A stretch of DNA of 64,000 nt, from positions 22,506,001 through 22,570,000 of the forward strand of contig OX597839.1 of assembly GCA_951406725.2 (NCBI GenBank), in the 5' to 3' direction. Positions 1 to 12,626 of the stretch are shown in pieces (positions within the stretch are counted from its first letter, which is position 1; each line of letters begins with the position of its first letter). This DNA comes from Octopus vulgaris (Eukaryota). The translations under genes and the position numbers were made by a program. A model generated the notes under the pieces. The model saw only the letters and a program-made list of their open reading frames with translations. It had not been told where the DNA came from and did not search any database.

Positions 1-489
1 TCCCGGGGTCGAGTTGTTCGATTAAAGGCGGTGCTCCAGCATGGCCGCAGTCAAATGACTGAAACAAGTAAAAGAGTAAAGAGTAAGAGTATACAATTTA
101 TTATCAACAAGGCTTATGATTTATGCCTTTTTGTTTTTTATGGTGGCATTTTACCAAAAATTTACAAAACTAACCGAAAAATTTCATGCTTAGATTTGTC
201 ATTAATTTATGCTCCTTCTTTAGAAATTCTTGTCATTTTTATAATGATGACCTTGTGAGATACTTTTCAAACAGCTCGTTAGAAGAACAATCTTTTAAGT
301 ACATTTGTAATCAGGTCTACTTTTAAGAATTGTTCCACTGTCTTCTTCAATTGATGCTTGTGATGATGACGACACTCAACAGAATTCTAAGACTACTTTG
401 AAACGACACCAAATTCCTGGCGCCCACCAAGTTACCGTTTCCTCAAGTCATCACTTTAAACAATCAACGATGACACAACACATTGTCCT

Positions 490-1223
490 TTGACAATCTC
501 ATCCCCTCAAAAAAACCCCGAAACACTTCAATATGTCTCCCTTCCTTTGACAATCTCATCTCCTCAAAAAAACCTCGAAACACTTCAATATGTCTCTCTT
601 CCTTTGACAATCTCATCCCCTCAAAAAACCCCCGAAACACTTCAATATGTCTCCCTTCCTTTGACAATCTCATCCCCTAAAAAAAACCCCGAAACACTTC
701 AACATGTCTCCCTTCCTTTGATAATCTCATCCCCTCAAAAAAAACCTCGAAACACTTCAATATGTCTCCCTTCCTTTGACAATCTCATCCCCTCAAAAAA
801 AAAAACCCGAAACACAACACATTGTCCTTTGACAATCTCATCCCCTCAAAAAAACCCCGAAACACTTCAATATGTCTCCCTTCCTTTGACAATCTCATCC
901 CCTCAAAAAAACCTCGAAACACTTCAATATGTCTCTCTTCCTTTGACAATCTCATCCCCTCAAAAAACCCCCGAAACACTTCAATATGTCTCCCTTCCTT
1001 TGACAATCTCATCCCCTCAAAAAAACCCCGAAACACTTCAATATGTCTCCCTTCCTTTGATAATCTCATCCCCTCAAAAAACCCCCGAAACACTTCAATA
1101 TGTCTCCCTTCCTTTGACAATCTCATCCCCTCAAAAAAACCCTGAAATACTTCAATATGTCTCCCTTCCTTTGACAATCTCATCCCCTCAAAAAAACCCC
1201 GAAACACTTCAATATGTCTCCCT
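490..1223. repeat. 57-bp minisatellite, about 13 units in two higher-order blocks
   Basis: Unit ttgacaatctcatcccctcaaaaaaaccccgaaacacttcaatatgtctcccttcct starts at 490, 547, 604, 661, 718, 776, 829, 886 ... 1171. The leader acacaacacattgtcc precedes both 490 and 829, indicating a 339-bp higher-order duplication. Confidence 0.97.
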
Positions 1224-1295
1224 CTAAAATAGAAAAAGATGATTTCCAAGAGAGAAGCTTGAAGAATGAAAAGATGCAAGATTACAAACGGGAAG
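1214..1295 (+). CDS. Candidate first coding exon of an uncharacterised plus-strand gene (MSPSKIEKDDFQERSLKNEKMQDYKRE, phase 1)
   Basis: ATG with A at -3, 27 open codons of charged protein-like composition, and a consensus donor GAAG|GTAAGT at 1295/1296. No homology recognised. Confidence 0.45.
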
Positions 1296-1526
1296 GTAAG
1301 TCACCATTTGTGTAGCTTCTGTCTTTTACTACCTTTAGCCATTCTGACTGCGGCCATGCTGGGGCACTGAGCTAACTGGTCCTGGTGCTTATTTTATTTA
1401 ATTCTTTTAAAGCCTATTGCTTATTTTATCAGTCTCTTTTGCTGAACTATTAAGTGTCTTTTATGTGAACAGACACCCTCACCAGTTGTCAAGCAGTGGT
1501 GGAGGACAGACACAAACACACAACAC

Positions 1527-1990
1527 GGCAAACTGGCAGAATCGTTAGCACGCCGGGCAAAATGCTTAGCGGTATCTCATCTGCTGTTATGTGCTGAGTT
1601 CAAATTCCGCTGAGGTCGACTTCACCTTTCATCCTTTTGGGGTCGATAGATTAAGTACCTATTTCTTTATTACCCACAAGGGGCTAAACACAGAGGGGAC
1701 AAACAAGGACAGACATAGGTATTAAGTCGATTATATTGACCCCAGTGCGTAATTGGTACTTAATTTATCGACCCCGAAAGGATGAAAGGCAAAGTCGACC
1801 TCGGCGGAATTTGAACACACAACGTAACACAGACGAAATACCGCTAAGCATTTCGCCCGACATGCTAACGTTTCTGCCAGCTCGCCGATAGATTAAGTAC
1901 CAGTTACACACTGGGGTCGATGTAATTGACTTAATCCCTTTGTCTGTCCTTGTTTGTACCTCCTATGTTTAGCCCCTTGTGGGAAATAAA
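1527..1990 (+). mobile_element. SINE family B (tRNA head plus Meta-like domain) with an inverted family-B copy nested at 1660-1886
   Basis: A box TGGCAGAATCGTTAGC, B box GAGTTCAAATTCC, domain cctttcatcc..ggggtcgata..taagtacc. TSD gatagattaagtacc at 1645-1659 and 1887-1901. Other family-B copies at 2855-3055, 3095-3290, 30470-30915, 37360-37520, 49606-49800 and 56631-56960. Confidence 0.9.
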
Positions 1991-2046
1991 AACATAACAA
2001 ACACACACATATATATACAGTAATCCCTTGCCATTTCACACTTGAC

Positions 2047-2108
2047 CTTTCTGATTGAAGCTTTCGTCAATGTACTTGACACTGAATATTAGCAGCACAG
2101 CATTAAAG
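2047..2108 (-). CDS. Internal exon of minus-strand gene B (SFNAVLLIFSVKYIDESFNQK)
   Basis: Acceptor ttttgcctttacag|C and donor AAAG|GTCAAG (weak). Only one frame is open, and its phase 2 matches the end of exon 2760-2820. Confidence 0.65.
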
Positions 2109-2199
2109 CTGTAAAGGCAAAATATTGAAGTATTTTTCATGAAGATAATCAATTTTACCTTCCATGCTACAACATGTACACTAAATAGTATGTGTGTGT

Positions 2200-2247
<48 letters not shown>

Positions 2248-2250
<3 letters not shown>

Positions 2251-2645
2251 CAGGAGTGGCTGTGTTGGAAGTAGCTTGTCTACCAACCACATGGTTCCGG
2301 GTTCAGTCTCACAGCGTGGCACCTTGGGCAAGTGTCTTCTATTATAGCCTCGGACCGACCAAAGCCTTGTGAGTGGATTTGGTAGACGGAAACTGAAAGA
2401 AGCCCGTCGTATATATGTATATATATATATGCGTGTGTGTGTTTGTCCCCCTAGCATTGCTTGACAACTGATGCTGGTGTGTTTATGTCCCCCTTACTTA
2501 GCGGTTCGGCAAAAGAGACCGATAGAATAAGTACTGGGCTTACAAAAGAATAAGTCCCGGGGTCGAGTTGCTCGATTAAAGGCGGTGCTCCAGCATGGCT
2601 GCAGTCAAATGACTGAAACAAGTAAAAGAGTAAAAGAGTAAGAGT
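2248..2645 (+). mobile_element. SINE family A (tRNA head, CORE-like domain, internal (AT)n(GT)n, (GAGTAAAA)n tail)
   Basis: A box and B box (GGTTCAGTC), CORE-like ccttgggcaagt segment. More than 20 full or partial copies in the window, including partial or diverged ones at 1-90, 1318-1525, 8237-8400, 21444-21605, 27340-27455, 53925-54262, 57611-57982 and 62265-62655. Confidence 0.9.
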
Positions 2646-2759
2646 ATATATTTGTGTGTGATTGTGTGTGTGGAGGGTGTACATAGGTAAAGCCGGCTGG
2701 CTGTGTTGCTATGTGAACAGACATCGTTAACATAACATTCTCATCAGTTATGCGATTAC

Positions 2760-2820
2760 CTTGTAATATAATCACAGCCTAAATAAAGGAGGTCAACTTG
2801 GCAATTGCGAAGCTCCTTGT
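2760..2820 (-). CDS. Internal exon of minus-strand gene B (DKELRNCQVDLLYLGCDYIT)
   Basis: Acceptor tttgaattacag|A and donor CAAG|GTAATC. 61 nt, phase 1 to 2, in frame with both 12883-12949 and 2047-2108. Confidence 0.7.
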
Positions 2821-3431
2821 CTGTAATTCAAATGTCAGAGAATGCAATAACAATCCTTTCTCCTATTAAACACAAGGCCTGGATTTTGTTGGGGGCGGAC
2901 AATCACACCGACCCCGGTACTCAACTGGTACTTATTTTATCAGGCCCGAAACGAAGAAAGGTAAAGTCGACCTTGGCAGGATTTGAACTCAGAACGTAGC
3001 AATGTGTGAAAGCATTTCGTCCAGTGTGCTAATGATTCTGCCAGCTCTCCCCCTTAATGATGATGATGATGATGATGATAATAGTAATAATAAAGGTTTC
3101 AAATTTTAGCACAAGGCCAGCAACTTTTTTTGGGGTGGGGATTTAGTCGATTATATCAACCCCAGTACTCAACTGGTACTTATTTTATTGATTTTGAAAG
3201 AAAGGTAAAAATCGACCTTGGCAGAATTTGAACACAGAATGTAAAGACAGCTGAGACACTCCTAACAATTCTACCAGCTTGCCGCCAACAGTAACCACAA
3301 CAACAACATTATTATTATTAATGATGATGATGATGAGGGTTTTAATTGCAGCAGGGGTGTCAGATGAAAGAGATATTATGAAGACAGGTTACATAAAACG
3401 TGTTTACACAGAAATCAAATGCGATGAAAAA

Positions 3432-3482
<51 letters not shown>

Positions 3483-3492
3483 CGCGCGTGCA

Positions 3493-3525
<33 letters not shown>

Positions 3526-5151
3526 AACTGAATCCACCTGCCAGTACGTCGTCTCATTGTACACACTTACCACCCAACAATATAACAAAACCTATACAAT
3601 GTAATATCAGCCACCCAACCCTGAGACATAACATTGTACAGCAGTTCGCCCACCCGCCCGACTGCCATACCACAAATTCTACACTAAAATAACACCAGAA
3701 ACAACAAGAGCCAGGAGCATAGAAACACTCTTGCACACACCTTAAAACACAATACTGTGCACCCACACACACACAAAACAGGAACACGGAGGAGGGGAAG
3801 GTGCACCCAACAGTGCAGTAGCAACTCACATGAAACTGTTATAAACATAACAAAGGTGGTGGTGGTGGTGGTGTTGGTTTCTGACTGAGGTAAAGGTTAG
3901 CAGTTTGGAGGGTGGAGTCGATACTACTGACTAAAAATAAAGTACCAGTACCCAGCAGGTACTTTATTTTATTGACCCTTTGTTCCTCCTGTTGCTTCTG
4001 ATAATGTGCACTACCTTTGTTTCGATTTTGAAAATAACAAAAAATTTAGTGAAATAGCTTTGTCCTTCTTAATCTGGTGTTTGAAACATAAATGAAAATG
4101 AAATTTTAATTGAAGGTTTTAATCTAGATTGCTTCAACCCTTTTCTTACCATATTTCTGTTGAAAAGAACAAAGAATTTGGTAGAATAACTTTGTCCCTT
4201 CTTTTGGCTTGATGCTCGGGTGCAACCTGCGATCAAGGCTTCGGTTACATGCATTAAGCTCTAGAATTGCTCCAGTTATCAACTCTCCTCCTCACGGTGA
4301 GGAATATGGTCTTGAGGATTAGGACCGGTTCCTGAGCCATTTGTGGTTTCACCATTTGTTTATGGCATGAACTTGCCCTTGCCTGGCTTAAGCTTTGAGA
4401 CAAGGAGATGTATGGCTGCTGACTTAATCCTTCTTAATCTGGTGTTTGGAACATAAATTAAGATTAGATTTTAATGGAAGGTTTTAGTTTAGATCACTTT
4501 AACCCTTTTGTTACCATATTTCTGTTGAAATACACAGCTTTTGTTTGATTTAATTTTGAAAATAATGAAAAATTTCGTAAAATGGTTTTGTCATTATTAA
4601 TCCGGTGTTTGGAACATAAATTAACATGAAATTTTGATAAAGGATTTAAAATTCAGATTGCTTTGAAACAGAGTAGCATAGAATGAGGAGTGGTGGTCTC
4701 AGGTGGGTTGGTTTGAAAATGGTTAAAGCTGCTAAATACACACACACAGAGGTGGTTGTTTGGGGAAAATATTAAGAAAAGAAATCAAATAACAACCAAT
4801 GTGCTTATAGATCTTAACGAGTTTTCTAAATTATAACACTATCGCTGGACATTTTACATTTTAACAAATATTTAAAAACTAAAAAAATTTTTTTGTTTTG
4901 GTGCCATTTTTACACAATTCTAACCAGAAGCTAATTCCTGAACCAAAGGTCAGGAACCAGTGCCATAACTGAACAGCAACAGAGAAACAGGTTGTGTGTA
5001 GGATTTCTGAATACCAAAATAGGAATAAATATAAACGTGCAACTGACTGTTTCAGAGAATAAAAAGTTTATTTAAATGTCAGGATTCAACCCAGGAAGAA
5101 TGCAAAGATATTCCTCTCTAAAAATTGTGTGAAAAAAAACAAAAACAAAAC

Positions 5152-5519
5152 AAGAGCACTTCCAGAGCACAAAACCTCTGCCAAGGCAACACCAACGTCC
5201 TCTCAACGATTAGATGGAGATGATTTTTAAAATGAGAATATCTGAAATAAACTCGACTGTTCTCACAAACAAGAATGCTAAAAATGAACCCGATCACTCT
5301 AAAAAAATTAAGTAAAAAAAGACAAGAAAAATAATCCAGAATCCTTGTCCGGTACCTGATTGATCCCAAAATCTAATCAGTTCATTGCCAGTCATGAAGC
5401 CAAACATCTCAAAACGTTTCATCTGAATCCATTCAGCAGTTCTTGAGATATCTTGTCCACGGACAAACAAACAAATGCAACTGAAAACAATACCTCTACC
5501 TTCGCTATGGCTGAGGTAA
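5152..5519 (-). mobile_element. Helentron-associated (HINE/DINE-1-like) non-autonomous element
   Basis: Minus strand starts ttacctcagcc...gaggtattgttttc and ends ccttggcagagg plus a short hairpin: subterminal inverted repeat with 3' hairpin architecture. Confidence 0.55.
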
Positions 5520-5742
5520 AAATCAATAACCAAATGGTGATTGAACAGTCTAAATATTTATTGTTTTACTTTCATATGAAGGATGATTTAGAGGAATCAA
5601 TGCCAGATCTAATATACATAATTGTGTGCATATATATATATATATATAAACATACATATATATATATATATAAACATACATAATTGTATGTATGTGTATA
5701 TATATATAAACATATATACATAATTGTATGTATGTGTGCATA

Positions 5743-5786
<44 letters not shown>

Positions 5787-6195
5787 TATTCCCAAAAAGC
5801 CATAGATCTGACATGACTTACTTCAGTCACTGTAATGTGGCCATGCTGGAGCACTGCGATATAAATATATGCATGACGGGGGGGAAAATAAACAGTGACC
5901 AGTTTTGTCCCACTTTCTACTGGGAATATAGGAAAACAAGAGCAATGTTTTTCCACATGCTTAAGAAAACCCGTGACATAACAAAAAAATTAAAATGACA
6001 AAAAATAAAAAAAAGGAAAAAAGAAATAGACAAAAACAACAAAAAAAGACATCTAGATTGCTATTATTCTTTCTTTTCTCTCTGTCTTTGTGAAGTGGGT
6101 TGTTAGTTTGCTCTAAACATATCTGACCTGGTTCTAAATTTAAAGTTTGCAAACCAGATAGAAGCCGAGCGAAATAAAGACAACAGTGACATAAC

Positions 6196-6233
<38 letters not shown>

Positions 6234-6419
6234 TAACAATAACGATAATGAGTAAAATATAATGACCATCAAATAGAAAACCTAGGAACAAAAACACAAC
6301 AGCAAAAAGCTTCTAATGTAGGTTTGGGTGTACACGCAGGAAAATTAAAAACTCTGAACATGAAGATTATATATATATATATATATATATATATAGATGC
6401 TCACACGCACACACATATA

Positions 6420-6600
6420 TATTGTTTCAGTCATCTGACTGCGGCCATGCTGGGGCACTGCCATTAGTTGAACAAATCGACCCCAAGACTTATTCTTAGT
6501 AAGCCTAGTACTTATTCTATCGGTCTCTTTTGCTGAACCGCTAAGTTACAGGGACATAAACACACAACATTGGTGGTGGGAGAAACACAGACACACATAC

Positions 6601-6647
<47 letters not shown>

Positions 6648-6825
6648 TAGATAAATAGATAAATATACGATGGGCTTCTTTCAGTTTTTGTCAACCAAAT
6701 ACACTCACAAGGGTTTGTTCAGCTTGGGGCCATAGTAGAAGACACTGGCCGAAGGTGCCACGCAGTGGGACTGAACCCAGAACCATGTGGTTGGTAAGCA
6801 AGCTACTTACCACTCAGCCACTCCT
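6420..6825 (-). mobile_element. SINE family A, diverged copy
   Basis: Reverse complement of 2248-2645, with substitutions. Confidence 0.85.
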
Positions 6826-7366
6826 GTGTGTCTCTCTCTATATATATATAAACACACACACACACACCTATATATGTAGTGTGTTGTTTTTTATTGGCAG
6901 AAGAGTCAGAGTGACTTCAGGACTGAGAATTTTGTGTCCGGCACTTACTGAAGTTTAAGTGGCACCGCATAAAACTCTTGGCCCTTGAGCCACTTTGCAA
7001 CTTCTGCTGAAAAGCAAAATAAACATACGTATTTTTTATTGCTTCAAGCATTGGACTGAAGCATGCTGGAGGGCTGTGGCCATGCTGGAGGACCGCCCTG
7101 AAAGGTTTTAGTTGAACTAATTGAGCTCTATACTTATTTTTTAAACCATGTACTTCACACACACACAATTATATATACATATATATATATAAATGTACAT
7201 ACATAAATTATATATATATATATATATACACACACAACTTATAAACAAGGGCAAAAGGAAAAAATGCCCTTGTTTATAAATTGTTTATAAATTTAACCTT
7301 TAAAGGTATTTTTTAATATGCTGGCCATTGATAAAATTTTTGTGAAAATTTTATCCTATATTTATC

Positions 7367-8236
<870 letters not shown>

Positions 8237-9079
8237 TTGATGAACTTCTTTCAGTTTCTAGCTTCCAAATCCACTCACAAGGCTTTGGTCAGCCCAACAC
8301 CATAGTAGAAGACACTTGTCCAAGGTACCACACAGTGGGACTGAACCTGGAACCATGTGGTTGGGAAGCAAGCTTCTTACCACACAGCCACTCCTGCACC
8401 TAATTATTTAATAAACATGAAGTATAAGACATCACTAATGAAGTTGTACAATACTTTCGTTATCGAAGTCTTCACTCCTTTACTTTAGATTAATTCAGTA
8501 TTTACTAACCTAAACTAATTCAACCTAGAAGCTTGCCCATTCATCACTCGTCTCAGACTTACCTGCCTTTTAGACTAATACAGGGTGGTCATGCAGTTTA
8601 GAGTTCCACTCGTGTCGTACTCACAAACAGACAAAAGAGAAAGTGAAGTACTAAACTCTATTGATCACCTGTTATTGATTATGAAGACTAATCAACGACA
8701 ATAATGTCATTCAATTACGACAACAATACCACCTAATTACAGACACCATGTTTTACTGAAGTGGAGAATTTAAGGGACAACAAGAAATCATCAGGAAATA
8801 AAAAAGGATGATATTTAGGGGAGCCTCTCTCTTTCAAAAGATAAAGGCACTTGAAAGAAAAACCAGGCACAGTTGTTACCATTTCTGAAATGCAGTTACT
8901 AATGTTTTCCTATGAATCCTAGAAACACCAAGGGTCACATCCTGAAGAGCTTGGTTGGTGTTGTGGAATGACAATGTTTTGCAGACATAGCATCACAAAA
9001 GTCTGGTGAGATTTCGGTTTCACTATTCCACGGCAACACCAAACTCTTTTGTAGTTTCTAAACTCTGTCATTCAGAAAT

Positions 9080-9370
9080 ATATATATCTACCAGTCTATC
9101 TGTCTGTCTACTTATCTATCTGCTTGACTGTCTATCTGTCTATCTACCTACTTATCTATCTATCTATCTACCTACCTACCTACCTATCTATCTCTCTATC
9201 TACCTATCTCTCTATCTCTCTATCTACCTATCTCTCTATCTACCTATCTCTCTATCTACCTATCTATCTATCTATCTATCTCTCTATCTACCTATCTATC
9301 TACCTACCTACCTACCTATCTATCTACCTATCTCTCTCTCTACCTACCTACCTACCTATCTATCTACTTC

Positions 9371-9410
<40 letters not shown>
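9080..9410. repeat. (CTAT/CTAC)n microsatellite
   Basis: Read directly. Similar arrays at 15645-15720, 18240-18585 and 60890-61165. Confidence 0.95.
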
Positions 9411-9706
9411 CGTTGGTTCCATGTATAAAGCACCTATGATGGTGTTATGCATAAAGCACCCAGCAGACGCTCTGTAAAGTGGTTGGCATTAGGAAGGGCA
9501 TCCATGCTATAGAATCCACGCCACAACAGACAGCTGGGGCCTGGCAAGCCCCTGTCAAACTGTCCAACCCATGCCAGCATGCAAAACGGATGCTATATGA
9601 TGCTGATATGTATGCGTATGTACACAAGCATCACGCATCTATATGCATACATCTTCTATACATTTATACACACACACACACAGCTTATAAAACAAAATTC
9701 TGCATA

Positions 9707-9871
9707 GGCGCAGGAGTGGCTGTGTGGTAAGTAGCTTGCTAACCAACCACATGGTTCCGGGTTCAGTCCCACTGCGTGGCATCTTGGGCAAGTGTCTTCT
9801 ACTATAGCCCAGGGCCAACCAAAGCCTTGTGAGTGGATTTGGTAGACGGAAACTGAAAGAAGCCTGTCGTA

Positions 9872-9940
<69 letters not shown>

Positions 9941-10128
9941 ATGTTTTTGTGTGTGTGTTTGTCCCCCTAGCATCGCTTGACAACCGATGCTGGGGTGTTT
10001 ACGTCTCCGTCACTTAGCGGTTCGGCAAAAAGAGACCAATAGAATAAGTACTGGGCTTACAAAAAGAATAAGTCCCGGGGTCGAGTTGCTCGACTAAATG
10101 ACTGAAACAAGTAAAAGAGTAAGAGTAA
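9707..10128 (+). mobile_element. SINE family A copy
   Basis: Near-identical to other copies, with a small internal deletion near the tail. Confidence 0.9.
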
Positions 10129-10614
10129 AGTGTTCAAAAACAACAATGTTTATTGGAAACATTGATCATAAACACGATGTCTACAGGTTTAATCAGGGGA
10201 GGGGATAATCCACGCCAGGATTATTATAAATAAGTTGTACATTTACTTAAAACAAGAGAACCAAAACGACGGGAATGGCTACGTACTAACACTGACCCTG
10301 CTAGAGATAGCAGCCAAATCACCAAATCTCTCTAAAAACACACCCGTTTAATGTCTTAAAACAGAATGTGAACCAAGTAGTTCTAGATCCCTAAAAGGAT
10401 GATCGTGGTTGAAACCATGTTGATTATAGACTTTATCGATTAGGGATCACTAGGAACTAAACAATAACAACAAAGAGGTGAAGGAGACAAATGGTAGTGA
10501 TTAGGGGTCTATTTCGTTTACAAATGCGGAGGGAACTTTTTTGTTCTACGCATGTAATCTCCGATAAGATGTATATACCCACAAATGTATATACACTGTA
10601 TACACTTGTGTATA

Positions 10615-10931
10615 TAATAAAGTGTATATTCCACATAAGATATGTTGTGCATACACACAAGTGTATATATACACACAAGTGTATATACACACACAAGTGT
10701 ATATATACACACAAGTGTATATATACACACAAGTGTATATATACACACAAGTGTATATATTCACACAAGTGTATATATTCACACAAGTGCATATATACAC
10801 ACAAGTGTATATATGCACACAAGTGTATATATGCACACAAGTGTATATATACACACAAGTGTATATATACACACAAGTGTATATTCCACATAAGATATGT
10901 TGTGCATACACACAAGTGTATATATACACAC
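10615..10931. repeat. 18-bp minisatellite (cacacaagtgtatatata)n with a duplicated spacer
   Basis: Unit repeated about 14 times. The spacer ttccacataagatatgttgtgcata occurs twice. Confidence 0.93.
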
Positions 10932-10999
10932 TGTAATGATCTCTAACGAAATAAGACGATGTAAAACTTATAATTAGTCACAGGGTTAATTAATTTTAT

Positions 11000-12032
11000 T
11001 AAATTACTTGATTGTTTACCCAATTGCCGTTTTAATAGAACGAGTGTATCGAGTACCTAAAAATAAATCGATAAATACTTTGCATGACCTGATCGATACT
11101 TCATTCAACACTTCGATTAACTGACCATCACCGGTAAATGGACGTACACAACTTTGTGCAACAGACACAAATTCGGTTTAAATGTAATTTATATACAAGA
11201 CATTGCTTTGGTGATGGTTTATTTGTTATCCTAACCTGTATCAGCTCCGACAGAGCAAACAGACCATTCCAACCGTGACGACCACACTATCTTTCTCCCG
11301 GAGTAGCCCAACTCGAACAATGTTAACCAATGTCTTTGTTTATAAGACGGTAAGGCTTGACTTAACGGAGGCATGACTGCCATTTCTAGCAGGTCGATCG
11401 TCTCCCTTCCTTTACAGGTTCTTTTAATCGGCTCGTGAGACATTGCTCCAGCATGGCCGTAGCTCAAACTAAGCAACACGTGCACAGCTTCAGCTTGTGT
11501 ATATATATACCAATTCGATTTATAACACAAACACACAACCTTTTGTACAGACATGGCTTTGCAGAATTGTAGTTAAGGTGACACTCATGCCTTTCCTAAG
11601 GACATTAACTGAAAGAGTGGCAACCGCTGGGGATTGAACCAACGCCCTCGGGTAACCGACAGCCTCTCTATATATATATACATATATATATAACGACCAC
11701 ATACATAGTCTTATACTAGAAACGTTCCACAAACTATTTGAAGTCGAACTTCCAGGGAGCACGTGTTGTTGTTGTTTAACCACAGGTCAGCTCTGAACGA
11801 ATTTATCCTCGAAGACGTCCCAGCCGTGACCGTTTCGTCTTATTGTTGATCTGCAAATGCGCGAGAGTAAAATATCTGGTGTGTCTTGTTTTATCTCAGG
11901 ATATTTAAGGATGTGGTTTTGAGGGAGATTTCATAGCTAGAGGTCCCTCGGGTCGTTGGATCGATTCACGACCCAACCACTAAGTAAGTGACTGTTATAT
12001 TTCAACACATTGTTATACATACATACATATGG

Positions 12033-12063
<31 letters not shown>

Positions 12064-12570
12064 CACACACACACATACATACATACATGCATAATTATAT
12101 CAAACGATAGACAAGCTATATGTACACACACACACGTCAAAAGATATATGTATATTAATTTATTTATCTATTCCTGATGAAGGTCGGTTTATCAAACACA
12201 CACACACACACATGTACATCAATGCTTGCCATGCACGGTAACTTCAAAAGAACTTCCCTCGTCATACAATCGCTTTCTCTTAGTCTCTTTCGCTCTCATT
12301 ACTTCAAAAGTTCTCGCAAGCCCATATGTAAAAAAAAAAAAAATTTTTTTACGGAAATCGACGGAAAGGTCTACTAGAGACGAAAGATTGCCGGGTTACC
12401 CTGGGTCTCTCGTCATAAAGGGTACCTTTATGGCGTATCTTCAAACCCTAAGACCTTTATGGCGAGAACCCAGGGTAACCCTATAAACCGACCTTCCCCA
12501 GTAATAAAATATAGACTGCTCTACTTCTTTGAGTGTACTTCTTCTCCAGATTCATGTTTTTCTACAAAAA

Positions 12571-12626
<56 letters not shown>

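Noticed and set aside
224-314. Plus-strand exon candidate NSCHFYNDDLVRYFSNSSLEEQSFKYICNQ
   Set aside because: Good acceptor but poor donor (GTCTAC), with stops beyond it. The acceptor could instead open a UTR exon containing the minisatellite.
490-1223. The 57-bp unit as a hammerhead/retrozyme array (contains TTGACAA...GAAA) or as a CRISPR-like array
   Set aside because: The sequence between the two core motifs cannot form stem II, and the units have no unique spacers.
8563-8668. Minus-strand exon with strong donor CAG|GTAAGT
   Set aside because: Stops in all three frames, so at most a non-coding exon; no further support.
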